A stretch of DNA of 32,000 nt, from positions 60,001 through 92,000 of the forward strand of contig JAPZAR010000031.1 of NCBI GenBank assembly GCA_027460535.1. Reading direction: 5' to 3'. The stretch is from Candidatus Methanoperedens sp. Its GTDB lineage: Archaea; Halobacteriota; Methanosarcinia; Methanosarcinales; Methanoperedenaceae. Shown one piece after another: positions 8,675-17,306 of this stretch. How positions within the stretch are numbered: the stretch's first letter is position 1; every line of letters starts with the position of its first letter. Under the pieces are notes generated by a model. It saw nothing but the letters and a program-made list of their open reading frames with translations. It was not told the DNA's origin and searched no databases. The position numbers and the translations under genes are program-made.

Positions 8675-10003
8675 TCATTCCTTGATCAATTTAGATAGTA
8701 TTGCATCAAAATTTTCAGAACGATAATACATTAATTTCTTCTTTCCAATAATATTCTCTTTAATAAGCCCATACTTTTCCAGGCTTATTATATCTGTCCT
8801 GGCTGTTTGATAAGCCGTGTTAAACCTGTTCTGGATCTCTTTTATTGTAAATGTAAACTCTGGTTCATCGGACAATAATTTTAATATAAATATTTGCCTG
8901 TCATTAATGCCTTTGATTTTTTTGAGATCGTATAATTCTCGTTTTTCCATGATTTTTCTACTTATATATTCTTTTAAGCTATCAAATGCCAGACCCATTG
9001 TTTTTAATTGGTAATTAATAAAATAAGTTAAATCATTTTCATCAAGTTCCGAATATAAATAAGATCTCGCATATTGTGCCCGCGATTTTACGATCATTCT
9101 GGAAATGGACATATATTCAATCAGCCAATAGCCCTCTTTAAGTAAATACCAATAAAAAATCGCTCTTGCAGTTCTCCCATTTCCATCAGTAAATGGATGT
9201 ATATAACCGATCAGGAAGTGTAAAATCGTAGCCCGGATAATTGGATGAAAAAATCTTTTTTCATTTGATCCATTGGCAAAAATACAAAAATCCCTCATTA
9301 TTTCTTCAATATGTTCAAAAACTGGCGGGATATAAACAACTTCTCCACTTGAACTTACAACAACAATATCATTTGATTTTCTAAATTGTCCTTCCATGCC
9401 TGGATCATTTAAAGTATCTTTTGTAATAGAAGAGTGAATTTCTAAAATTAATTCCTTTGTAAGTTTTTCACCTTTTAATTCGTTCAGTTTTTTTATAGTG
9501 TTATAATTATTCAGTATCATTTGTTCAGATTTGTTTTTTGGCTTCCTTTCCTGTCTTAACATCTTCTTGGCTTCTTTTCTTGTTGTAGCCGCTCCCTCCA
9601 ATTGACTTGAAGCAATTGCCTCCTCCATAATTGAACTGATTAAATATCGATTCTTATCACTGCTGGGAATTATCTCTTCTGAACCGAGTCTTCCCCCAAG
9701 ATTGAGATCAAATTCATGTAATTTTTGTTGAATATAAGTTGTCAGATTATATTTGAATTCAAATCCTGTTATGTCACTTATTTTAATTTTTTCAGCACTT
9801 AAATTTCTATTTATTTTAATAAATGCCCATAATACTTCAGGTCCTATCGCATCAAATCCAGCTTTATATTTAAATTCAGACCAGTACAAATATTTGTTAA
9901 TAGCTTCTTTAATTAATCGATCATAGGGATCATTTTTTAAATATTTGAGTGCATTACCGATCTCATTATGTGATATCTTTGGAGGGCTTTCTGGAATTTT
10001 CAT
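8675..10003 (-). CDS. Fic family protein (AMPylase-type) with N-terminal inhibitory helix motif and C-terminal winged-helix
   Basis: Canonical Fic motif HPFTDGNGRTAR. Upstream SSQLEG fits the [ST]xxxE[GN] auto-inhibition motif. The C-terminal ~90 aa looks wHTH-like. Confidence 0.9.
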   Translation of the reverse strand: MKIPESPPKISHNEIGNALKYLKNDPYDRLIKEAINKYLYWSEFKYKAGFDAIGPEVLWAFIKINRNLSAEKIKISDITGFEFKYNLTTYIQQKLHEFDLNLGGRLGSEEIIPSSDKNRYLISSIMEEAIASSQLEGAATTRKEAKKMLRQERKPKNKSEQMILNNYNTIKKLNELKGEKLTKELILEIHSSITKDTLNDPGMEGQFRKSNDIVVVSSSGEVVYIPPVFEHIEEIMRDFCIFANGSNEKRFFHPIIRATILHFLIGYIHPFTDGNGRTARAIFYWYLLKEGYWLIEYMSISRMIVKSRAQYARSYLYSELDENDLTYFINYQLKTMGLAFDSLKEYISRKIMEKRELYDLKKIKGINDRQIFILKLLSDEPEFTFTIKEIQNRFNTAYQTARTDIISLEKYGLIKENIIGKKKLMYYRSENFDAILSKLIKE

Positions 10004-10011
10004 AAATCATT

Positions 10012-10064
10012 TCAATTACTATTAATTACTAATTTAGTTAATATTAGTAATTAATAGTAATTAA
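10012..10064. promoter_or_regulatory. 2+2 array of TTAATTACTA 10-mers immediately upstream of the fic start
   Basis: tcAATTACTA (10012-10021) and TTAATTACTA (10022-10031), a 13-nt spacer, then TAGTAATTAA twice (10045-10054 and 10055-10064), which is the reverse complement. A perfect 12-bp inverted repeat lies at 10022-10033 / 10043-10054. Confidence 0.45.
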
Positions 10065-10271
10065 GCTTATTCATGTAAACCTGTTTCTCTCCCGGTTCCT
10101 CTCTTGTAACTCTCATCGTCCCAAAATGCCGAAAACGCTTATCCTTTCAAAATACGATTGCCTGGGAGCATATCTGCGCCTGAGATTAATATTTAAATAG
10201 TGATAAATGTGTAGCTTTAATGGGATACATAAATTAACCTGAATAAAATAGAGAAAACGGAAAGTGCGACT

Positions 10272-10326
10272 CTCCGCGAAGTGCCCCGGCAGCCGCGATC
10301 CTGAACACAGGCGAACCGGAAGTCGC
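10272..10326 (+). repeat. GC-rich direct repeat, copy 2 (55 nt), at the 5' side of fic
   Basis: CTCCGCGAAGTGCCCCGGCAGCCGCGATCCTGAACACAGGCGAACCGGAAGTCGC, in the same orientation as copy 1. It contains a GGCGA/TCGCC stem. Confidence 0.85.
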
Positions 10327-10344
10327 CTTTTATGATGCAACTAA

Positions 10345-10683
10345 CTAAAATAGTTTAAAAAATTGCCCCTTTATTTCCTCAATTTTTTCATCATTTAACT
10401 GTGCAACTACTTTTCTTATGATCTTTTTTTCAACCGTAAAGATGGAGTCCACTTTTACATAACTCGGGTCGATATCAAGTGCCCCTTCTTCCAGGTCCTT
10501 TCTCTCTATTTCCACGTTCCACCCGTCTTCTCTGGATCTTGATGTTACCCTCATCACCAAAACGTCCATGGAGTTTTCATTATATTCAAAATTGCTGATT
10601 ACCAATGCAGGTCTGAACTTAGTTTCCTTTAAGTTACTATAAGAAAAATCAACAAGTACAATGCTTCCCTGTTTTAGCATCAT
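10345..10683 (-). CDS. mazF: MazF/PemK-family toxin (endoribonuclease-type)
   Basis: 112 aa. The N-terminus (GSIVLVDFSYSNLKETKFRPALVIS) fits the PemK/MazF pattern. It lies directly downstream of an AbrB-type antitoxin gene. Confidence 0.8.
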   Translation of the reverse strand: MMLKQGSIVLVDFSYSNLKETKFRPALVISNFEYNENSMDVLVMRVTSRSREDGWNVEIERKDLEEGALDIDPSYVKVDSIFTVEKKIIRKVVAQLNDEKIEEIKGQFFKLF

Positions 10684-10690
10684 TTTTAAA

Positions 10691-10909
10691 TTATTCCTTA
10701 GCCAATCTTCTGGCAGTGTATTCCTTCCAAACCTTATCTTCGTTCTCCCAGTCTATTTTTTTTGGGATTATATCGACTTTTTGAAGTATAACCTTGCCAG
10801 CTTCAATAGTAACATCAAGATAATCGCCTACATTAATATTCAATTGTTCTCGAATGGACTTGGGAAGTGTCAACAGTCCTTTTGAGGATATCTTCACTAA
10901 ATCACTCAT
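10691..10909 (-). CDS. mazE: AbrB/MazE/SpoVT-family antitoxin
   Basis: 72 aa. VKISSKGLLTLPKSIREQLNINVGDYLDVTIEAGKVILQKV is a typical swapped-hairpin (SpoVT/AbrB) domain. The gap to the toxin gene is 7 nt. Confidence 0.75.
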   Translation of the reverse strand: MSDLVKISSKGLLTLPKSIREQLNINVGDYLDVTIEAGKVILQKVDIIPKKIDWENEDKVWKEYTARRLAKE

Positions 10910-10976
10910 ATCTTAGATGTTAGAATTCTAAGATAATAAGCTTTTCGGGCTTCAACCCCATGTCTTGCGTATCTTG

Positions 10977-12428
10977 CTATGTAGGCATTACTGTAAATCT
11001 CTTTTCTTTGCTTTTGGTCGATGCAAGAGTCAGATCATTCAATGAAAATAAGCGGATTTTTTTCTCTTCGGCAAACCTTTTCGCCTCTTCCGTGAATCCT
11101 CTTCTTATCACCACAGCATAATGGTTCTTCCGTTTTTCATCACCCCATTCAACTCTTTCAGACTTTTCCAATAGTTCCTCCATGATCCTTATATCACTCT
11201 CTTTCTCCTGCCACTCGCATTCGCAGAACAGGATATCTCCTGTGGCCTCATTTGTAGCAACGATATCTATTTCATCGTCCATGCGCCACCATTTTCCCCA
11301 TTTCGTTAAAAGCGGTAGTTCTCCGTTCAGGGATAGACTTTGCAAAAGTTCAATTGAAACATCCTCAAAGATCGAGTCCAGGTATTCATTGAAATCCCTG
11401 TTTATCATTTCAAGAACGATATCAGGTCTTCCTATCTCGATGAGGGAAGAGTTCGGGTAAATGTATCTGAACCAGAACCTGAAGAAATAATCCTTTAACG
11501 TGTAATTACCAACGCGTGTGGATTTTTCTTTTGATAACGTTACCGGTATGTCTCTCCTGATTACATTCAATTCTATCAGTTTTGAGAGGTACACAAAAAG
11601 TTTGCTTGTGGATACGCCGGAAAAATTAGAAATTTCGTTGAACGTGCTTTTCCCCAGAGCCACGGCCTTGAGGATAGAAAAATAATTGGCAAAATCCTTA
11701 AGCTCCTCCATCAGCAGGAACTTTGCCTCTTTGTAAAGAAACGCGTCCTTATCAAGGAACGCCTTCATTACATTCTCATGCAAGGTTTTGCTGCGGTCGA
11801 ACTCCTCCGCGTAGCGCGGTATGCCCCCCAATGCTGCATAGGCGCCCAGTATGCTTTCTTCATCCCAATCATCGAAAAGTCCCCTGAAATCAAGATAATT
11901 AAGCGGTTGAAGGTCTATCTGTCCTGTGCGCCTTCCATATATCGGGCTTGCGTAGGAAAGCGTTATTTTCTGCATCATCGAAATGCTCGAGCCGCACAGG
12001 ATGAGCTTCAGGTTCATTTTCTTCCATTTTTCATCCCAAAAATACTGAAGTATCGATATAAAATTTGGATTTGTCTTATGGATGTAAGGAAGTTCATCTA
12101 AAACCAGCACCATCCCATTTTTTTCAATGGATTTTGTGAGGTAGTCAAAGAATGCCTGCCATGTATTGAAAGGATTGTTCTTGAGGAACTCATCTCCCAG
12201 CGAAATTCCGGCAACAGTTGAATAGATAGCCGAAAGCTGGTTCTCCTTCTGGAGTTCTCCAAGTAAATAGAGCGCATTTAACGGGCTGCCTGCCATTGAT
12301 TCCTTGATCAATTCGGTTTTACCCACCCGCCTCCTGCCGTATATTATTATTAATTCGGATGACCCGGAGGAATATTTCGCTCTAAGGAATCCCAATTCCT
12401 TTTCACGGTCAACAAATCTATATTTCAC
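10977..12428 (-). CDS. Arch_ATPase-type P-loop ATPase with DUF234-like C-terminal domain
   Basis: Walker A GRRRVGKT, Walker B VLVLDELPY. The C-terminus (EIDIVATNEATGDILFCECEWQEK) resembles a PD-(D/E)xK-like DUF234 module. Confidence 0.8.
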   Translation of the reverse strand: MKYRFVDREKELGFLRAKYSSGSSELIIIYGRRRVGKTELIKESMAGSPLNALYLLGELQKENQLSAIYSTVAGISLGDEFLKNNPFNTWQAFFDYLTKSIEKNGMVLVLDELPYIHKTNPNFISILQYFWDEKWKKMNLKLILCGSSISMMQKITLSYASPIYGRRTGQIDLQPLNYLDFRGLFDDWDEESILGAYAALGGIPRYAEEFDRSKTLHENVMKAFLDKDAFLYKEAKFLLMEELKDFANYFSILKAVALGKSTFNEISNFSGVSTSKLFVYLSKLIELNVIRRDIPVTLSKEKSTRVGNYTLKDYFFRFWFRYIYPNSSLIEIGRPDIVLEMINRDFNEYLDSIFEDVSIELLQSLSLNGELPLLTKWGKWWRMDDEIDIVATNEATGDILFCECEWQEKESDIRIMEELLEKSERVEWGDEKRKNHYAVVIRRGFTEEAKRFAEEKKIRLFSLNDLTLASTKSKEKRFTVMPT

Positions 12429-12500
12429 AGTGAATAATTAATTTACGGGGTAATAAGACTTTCGATTAACATAATATGAATTATCATAATTTAAATTATG

Positions 12501-13169
12501 TTATTTTATAGCCAGCTCCGCCCGCATCACCTTCATCACGCCATAGTCTCCCATCCAAATATTTCTTGTTTCAATCATGTTAAGCCTCTTCTCATAATAA
12601 GGCGCATCGAGCACTAGCGTTTCATATTCGCCTCCCTCCCCGGCGATGTGCACCCTGTATTTCCTGTGAAGCGTCTTCAGGTCCTCGACCATCTTCTCAT
12701 CAAAGCGCCGCCCGAGCCATGATTCGTCCATGCCGGCAGCAGCGACCTTGACCATCCTGATATCCATGCACTTTATCATTTCACGCAGTAAACCCTCCGG
12801 CTCCTTATGCCACAGGGGGGCGTACATTTTCAATCCAAGTTCCTCGCAAATGCGCCTTACCCGTGAGGCCTGGTATTCCGATTCGATCGCTCCGACCACA
12901 ACACCTTCAACCTTTACATTGCCCAGGGCTTTTTTCAGGTCATCGAGTTCTTTTTCTTTCTCACCAGAAGACATCATTGATGTAAGAGGGATACCGCATG
13001 CCTGCGAAATCAGCCCTGTAAGATGGATGTTCGCGGAATGGAACATGTATGAGTCTTCATTCGCAGGCACTATTGTAACAAGGTCTGTGACCTCATGACC
13101 TTCCTGCAGAGCCCTTAATATTGCAAAGGACGAGTCCTTGCCACCTGAAATAAGCCCAGCCAGCCTCAT
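12501..13169 (-). CDS. dph6: PP-loop ATP pyrophosphatase of the MJ0570 / diphthine-ammonia ligase family
   Basis: N-terminal PP-loop [11 protein letters not shown]. Size 222 aa, with [13 protein letters not shown] near the C-terminus, typical of this family. Confidence 0.7.
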   Translation of the reverse strand: MRLAGLISGGKDSSFAILRALQEGHEVTDLVTIVPANEDSYMFHSANIHLTGLISQACGIPLTSMMSSGEKEKELDDLKKALGNVKVEGVVVGAIESEYQASRVRRICEELGLKMYAPLWHKEPEGLLREMIKCMDIRMVKVAAAGMDESWLGRRFDEKMVEDLKTLHRKYRVHIAGEGGEYETLVLDAPYYEKRLNMIETRNIWMGDYGVMKVMRAELAIK

Positions 13170-13552
13170 TTTTCTTCTGTACGCTTCTTCTTTTCTTTCT
13201 TCTCTTTCCCACCCTCGAACTCTTCCACATCCACAACATCAAGCGGGGTGCTTTTCAATGCCTTGCCTATAGTGGATTTTGCTATTCTCGCAGCGTGTTC
13301 TTCGCTCTCGGCGTCATAGACCTTCATCTCAAGCAGGATTCCAACAAGCGCAGTACCAGCGGCCATGAAAACGCTGTCAAATGCCTCACCGCAAGCAGGA
13401 CAGCTTGTTGCACCGACCTCGATCTCCACGAAGTTAAGATCAGGATTTAGCTGCTTTCCAACCTCGGAGATCGCGATATTCATCGCATCTTCAACACTTT
13501 CCACACTCTTCACAAGCCAGGCGGCTTCAAGTGTAACAATATAATTGGTCAT
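13166..13552 (-). CDS. UPF0212 (DUF555) family archaeal protein
   Basis: [31 protein letters not shown]...[12 protein letters not shown]...[21 protein letters not shown] matches my recollection of UPF0212 proteins. There is an ATGA overlap with the downstream gene. Confidence 0.7.
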   Translation of the reverse strand: MTNYIVTLEAAWLVKSVESVEDAMNIAISEVGKQLNPDLNFVEIEVGATSCPACGEAFDSVFMAAGTALVGILLEMKVYDAESEEHAARIAKSTIGKALKSTPLDVVDVEEFEGGKEKKEKKKRTEEK

Positions 13553-13566
13553 TTGGTATTCCTCTC

Positions 13567-13875
13567 TTAGATCGTAAATAGACTCTCATCGCTCACTTTA
13601 AAAACACCGAGTTTCACGCCCGCATCCAGCCAGGCATGGCCATAACTGAAACAGGCCAGGGCATTAACAAGGTCCCCGCCTTCAATGAAAAACTTGCCGT
13701 CTTCATAATACGAATTTGCCATGTTTATAAAATCATCCGAAACTTTTCTCAAATGAGAATGTTCCTGTGGAGCCAATTCCACAGCCGAAAGCGCTTTGCG
13801 TAGCATGCTCTCATATCTTTTAACTTTCTCTTCAAGAACAGCAGGTTGTCCCATTTCTTCGTAGTATAGTGGCAA
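13567..13875 (-). CDS. DUF357 family archaeal protein
   Basis: The segment [20 protein letters not shown] is the characteristic DUF357 signature as I recall it. Confidence 0.6.
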   Translation of the reverse strand: MPLYYEEMGQPAVLEEKVKRYESMLRKALSAVELAPQEHSHLRKVSDDFINMANSYYEDGKFFIEGGDLVNALACFSYGHAWLDAGVKLGVFKVSDESLFTI

Positions 13876-14244
13876 GATATGTAAAGGTTGTTGTAGAAAG
13901 ATTTACAGAGGAATTCACGGCGGCAGAAATGTTAATAGAATAGGTAGAGGATTACAAGATTTTTGGATAGGATAGGAAGTGAATCTTATAAGAGTTATTA
14001 ATCCTCTACAAACGCTATTTTCTTTTATCATATAATAGTATTTTTCCAGAATTATACCCAAATTAACACCAGAATTAGCTTTAATCTTCAAATGCATGGA
14101 ATTGAATGGCACTGTTTATACCCGGATCCTTCTTTGATAGAATTACTTCATTGTTACAACAAGACTTTTCCCTGAATGAGAGATTTATAAAAGGAGCTAA
14201 GATTTATCAGGAACTGACTTCTTTTTCATGCAGATCTTTTGCTC

Positions 14245-14433
14245 TCACACCAATATTACCTTTCTTATGTCATCCAATAAAATAATAGCGGGTTTCAATT
14301 TTCTGTCCCGGGGTATAAAATGTACGCACCAATCATCAATGTCCGTCATTTTTCCTTTATATATACTGCCACGTCCGGTCTCTATTTCAATAACTTTATT
14401 CAAATGCTTTGTCAGAAGATGGCTATGTACCAT
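14245..14433 (-). CDS. small Sm/Hfq-fold-like protein (62 aa), paralog 1
   Basis: LLTKHLNKVIEIETGRGSIYKGKMTDIDDWCVHF...AIILLDDIRKVIL fits an Sm1/Sm2-like pattern (xVxIxxxxGxxxxGxxxxxDxxxxxL ... IxxIxxI). About 50% identical to the neighbouring ORF 14530-14802. Confidence 0.5.
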   Translation of the reverse strand: MVHSHLLTKHLNKVIEIETGRGSIYKGKMTDIDDWCVHFIPRDRKLKPAIILLDDIRKVILV

Positions 14434-14529
14434 AATATTTTTTATAGCTACACAATTCCATAATTACTATTGAGAAAAGTAGTGTTAAGGGCATCCGAGG
14501 AATACTGGTGTAAAACCAACGGTCATCCA

Positions 14530-14802
14530 CTAAAATATTTTTGCCCTTTCTTTTATACGTTCTCCCACTTTGATCTTATCCGAGTTTTTTTCTTTGGAAA
14601 TGATTTTGTCTTCGTCGGCTAATATGATTTTTCTGATGTCATTCCATGAAATAATTGCAGGGTTTAAATCTTTGTCGTCGGAATAAAATTCAATACCCCA
14701 ATCATCCAGATCTAGTATCTTCCCGCTGTATAGTGTCCCGAGACCTGTTTCTAACATTATATTTCTATTTAAATACTTCATTAGAAGATGCCTTTGTAGC
14801 AT
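14530..14802 (-). CDS. small Sm/Hfq-fold-like protein (90 aa), paralog 2 with Lys/Glu-rich tail
   Basis: LLMKYLNRNIMLETGLGTLYSGKILDLDDWGIEF...AIISWNDIRKIIL aligns colinearly with paralog 1. It has an extra basic/acidic C-terminal tail. Confidence 0.55.
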   Translation of the reverse strand: MLQRHLLMKYLNRNIMLETGLGTLYSGKILDLDDWGIEFYSDDKDLNPAIISWNDIRKIILADEDKIISKEKNSDKIKVGERIKERAKIF

Positions 14803-15020
14803 AACAGTTGTTTAATATATTCATTATATTTAAAATCCTTCATGCGCATTATGTATATCCAGCCTCATAAATCTTTTAAAAGTATGCTTTGCGAGATAAC
14901 AAAAGAAAGAGTTTCTGGAAAAGATGACCGAATAAAAATAATGGATCTGGGTGTCCAGTCCGGCTGGTCAGCATAAAGGATTAATTCCCTGAAGGATATG
15001 AATTATTCTGTATTTTATTA

Positions 15021-16202
15021 CTAAAAATCAGTCATTATCCTGTACTGGTCGATCTCCGGCTGTTTCAGCTCCTCTATGAACTGCTCTGTCATGGAGCGCA
15101 CATCTTTGGCCTTCGTGATCGCACGGCCGACCACTATTATATCCGCACCTGCCTTGAGGGCATCCTTGACCGAATCCACACGGATTCCGCCTGCCACCGC
15201 GACGAGCAATCTCTCTGATAGCTTCTTCATTGCCGGGATATCTCCCCATGCATGTTTTGCCTTGTTCTCGGTATCAATAGCCCTGTGGAGTTCCACGACA
15301 TCAGGTTTGATGGTGAGCTTCTTTAGCACTTCGAGCGGGTTTTCAACATTCAGCATATCGATAACTGCGTAGATGCCGGTCTTCTTGGCTTCCTTTATCG
15401 CCTTTTCGATAGTAGAAACGGGCGCTAATCCGGAGATCACTATAGCATCAGCAGTAGCATCCGCCACCATGCGCGCCTCAAGGTTGCCTGTGTCCAGGGT
15501 CTTCAAATCCGCCACCACAAACGCATTCGGCCTCACTTCCCTTATGGATTGTACGACTTCAACGCCATATCTCTTGATGAGTGGGGTACCGGCTTCGATA
15601 ATAAGATGATCGCTCTGGGGTATCTGCTTTAATATGCCTTTGACCGCCTCAATATCTGGAATATCTATAGCCACCTGCAAATATGGCGGGTTCCATAACC
15701 TGACGACCTTGAATCCCATTACCGGGTGCATAGTTCTGTCCTTTTCGTACATTACGGTCTTGGTATCCGGGAATCCCTGCATCGCTCTTTCAATTGCGAG
15801 CTTCGTGGCGCCGTAATTGTAGCGATATATCTTATTGTAATCTTTCGCTTCAGGATGGATGAATACACTGACCACGATGCTTAAGTCCTCCACCTGGTCT
15901 TCCGGGATTACGCCTTCCTGAACGGAATCCGCCACCGCTCTTGCCACCGCACTTTGCGCAGGACCGAATATCTGGGCTGCCTGCGCCATGTTCTTGACCG
16001 TTACTTTCGGTACGATGAGCGTGGCAGGTTTTGTGAGCAGGTTCGGCCTTATGACAGATAAAAGCGGTGTGTGCCCTACGGATAACTGTGTAAATCCGTT
16101 CGCAAAAGCCGTCCCAACAGGGCCTGTTTTCTCTCCAATGATCAGATCAATATGAGCCAGTTCTGGTTCCTCGCCGATTAAAGCCTCGCCTACTAAAAAC
16201 AC
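15021..16202 (-). CDS. fae-hps: bifunctional formaldehyde-activating enzyme / 3-hexulose-6-phosphate synthase (Fae-Hps)
   Basis: The N-terminal ~160 aa is Fae-like ([21 protein letters not shown]...[11 protein letters not shown]). The C-terminal ~220 aa is an OMP-decarboxylase-fold Hps (LQVAIDIP...[10 protein letters not shown]...VAGGI). The 393 aa size matches the Methanosarcinales fusion. Confidence 0.9.
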   Translation of the reverse strand: MFLVGEALIGEEPELAHIDLIIGEKTGPVGTAFANGFTQLSVGHTPLLSVIRPNLLTKPATLIVPKVTVKNMAQAAQIFGPAQSAVARAVADSVQEGVIPEDQVEDLSIVVSVFIHPEAKDYNKIYRYNYGATKLAIERAMQGFPDTKTVMYEKDRTMHPVMGFKVVRLWNPPYLQVAIDIPDIEAVKGILKQIPQSDHLIIEAGTPLIKRYGVEVVQSIREVRPNAFVVADLKTLDTGNLEARMVADATADAIVISGLAPVSTIEKAIKEAKKTGIYAVIDMLNVENPLEVLKKLTIKPDVVELHRAIDTENKAKHAWGDIPAMKKLSERLLVAVAGGIRVDSVKDALKAGADIIVVGRAITKAKDVRSMTEQFIEELKQPEIDQYRIMTDF

Positions 16203-16307
16203 TTCAATACCTCTGGGCCTTTACATAGATAATTTAGTATATATAGGTATTTCTAACGCATAAGATCCAGAGAGAATGCGCCTCTGCTTGTTAATAATCG
16301 TTCTAAC

Positions 16308-17300
16308 TTAATCTTTTTTTCGAATGACTATCTCCCAGTCGGTCTTATTTATCTGCCTTACATTCAATACCTCGTGACCATCGGCTTCCATGCCCCGTGG
16401 CACCTCCGTGACTGCCGTAGGGTCATCCACGATCACCTTGAGGATTTTACCCTTCCCGAGGTTATGCAGCGCCTGTTTAGCATATACAAAATTATATGGG
16501 CACACATTCCCCTTCGTGTTGATCACTTCATCTATTTTCACATCTGCAAGGAAAGTTCCATTAATATATGCCCGCGTCCTCTCTTCCTTCGGGTTTTCAA
16601 AAACCTCATTTGCAGGACCATGCTCTACGATTTCGCCGAGGTATAGGTGGATCACATAGTCAGCAAGCCTCATGGCCTGGTGGATGTTGTGGGTGACTAT
16701 CACGATGGTGTAATCAGTCTTGAGTTTGAGGAGCTGCTGTTCGATATGCTGCGATGAGACCGGATCTAAAGCCGACGTGGGCTCGTCGCACAGGATTATC
16801 TCAGGCTCGACGGCAAGCCCCCTCGCAAGGCAGAGCCTCTGCTGCTGACCTATGGAAAGTTTCGATGCAGGTGACTTTAAGCGGTCTTTCACTTCATCCC
16901 AGAGACCGGCGATTTTCAGGTATTTCTCTACTATTTGATCCAATTTTTTCTTGTCTTTGGTGCCGTGCACCCGAGGTCCATAAGCCACATTATCGTATAT
17001 CGACATCGGAAGAGGATTTGGTTTTTGCGGCAGCAGTCCCATTCTGCGCCTCACATCAGTGATATCAACGCTGCCGTTAAGGACATCTATGCCATCGACA
17101 ATTATTTTCCCTGAAGCTCTTGCTCCGTCCGTGAGATCAATAAGCCTGTTGAAACATTTGAGTAAGGTGCTCTTCCCGCATCCACTCGGTCCTATGATCG
17201 CTGTTATCTGCTTTTCCGGTATTTCAACTGTTATGCCTTTTAAAGCCTGATGATCGCCGTAGAACGCATTAACATCCTGGATACTGATATGACTTTTCAA
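16308..17300 (-). CDS. pstB: phosphate ABC transporter ATPase PstB fused to a C-terminal TusA/SirA-like domain
   Basis: Residues 1-250 carry Walker A GPSGCGKST, signature LSIGQQQR, Walker B ILCDEPTSALD and the PstB-type end ENPKEERTRAYINGTF. Residues ~256-330 (KGNVCPYNFVYAKQAL..ILKVIVDDPTAVTEVPRGMEADGHEV...WEIVIRK) are colinear with TusA. Confidence 0.9.
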   Translation of the reverse strand: MKSHISIQDVNAFYGDHQALKGITVEIPEKQITAIIGPSGCGKSTLLKCFNRLIDLTDGARASGKIIVDGIDVLNGSVDITDVRRRMGLLPQKPNPLPMSIYDNVAYGPRVHGTKDKKKLDQIVEKYLKIAGLWDEVKDRLKSPASKLSIGQQQRLCLARGLAVEPEIILCDEPTSALDPVSSQHIEQQLLKLKTDYTIVIVTHNIHQAMRLADYVIHLYLGEIVEHGPANEVFENPKEERTRAYINGTFLADVKIDEVINTKGNVCPYNFVYAKQALHNLGKGKILKVIVDDPTAVTEVPRGMEADGHEVLNVRQINKTDWEIVIRKKD

Positions 17301-17306
17301 ATTTAA

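Noticed and set aside
8538-8726. 62-aa plus-strand ORF, and the 75-aa minus-strand ORF at 10113-10340
   Set aside because: Both exist only because they run through the GC-rich direct repeat copies, where stop codons are rare. They are in different strands and frames across the same repeat, so they are not coding.
8586-10326. Possible CRISPR array, because of the repeated 55-62 nt units
   Set aside because: There are only two copies, separated by 1.6 kb that contains a full gene. The repeat length and spacing are wrong for CRISPR, and no cas genes are present.
13915-14473. 65-aa minus-strand ORF (13915-14112) and 81-aa plus-strand ORF (14228-14473)
   Set aside because: The first lies in the AT-rich promoter region of the DUF357 gene, with no SD and an odd composition. 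The second is antisense to Sm-like paralog 1.
15028-15816. Several 60-98 aa ORFs on both strands inside fae-hps
   Set aside because: They overlap a full-length, motif-supported 393-aa gene, and none has independent support.
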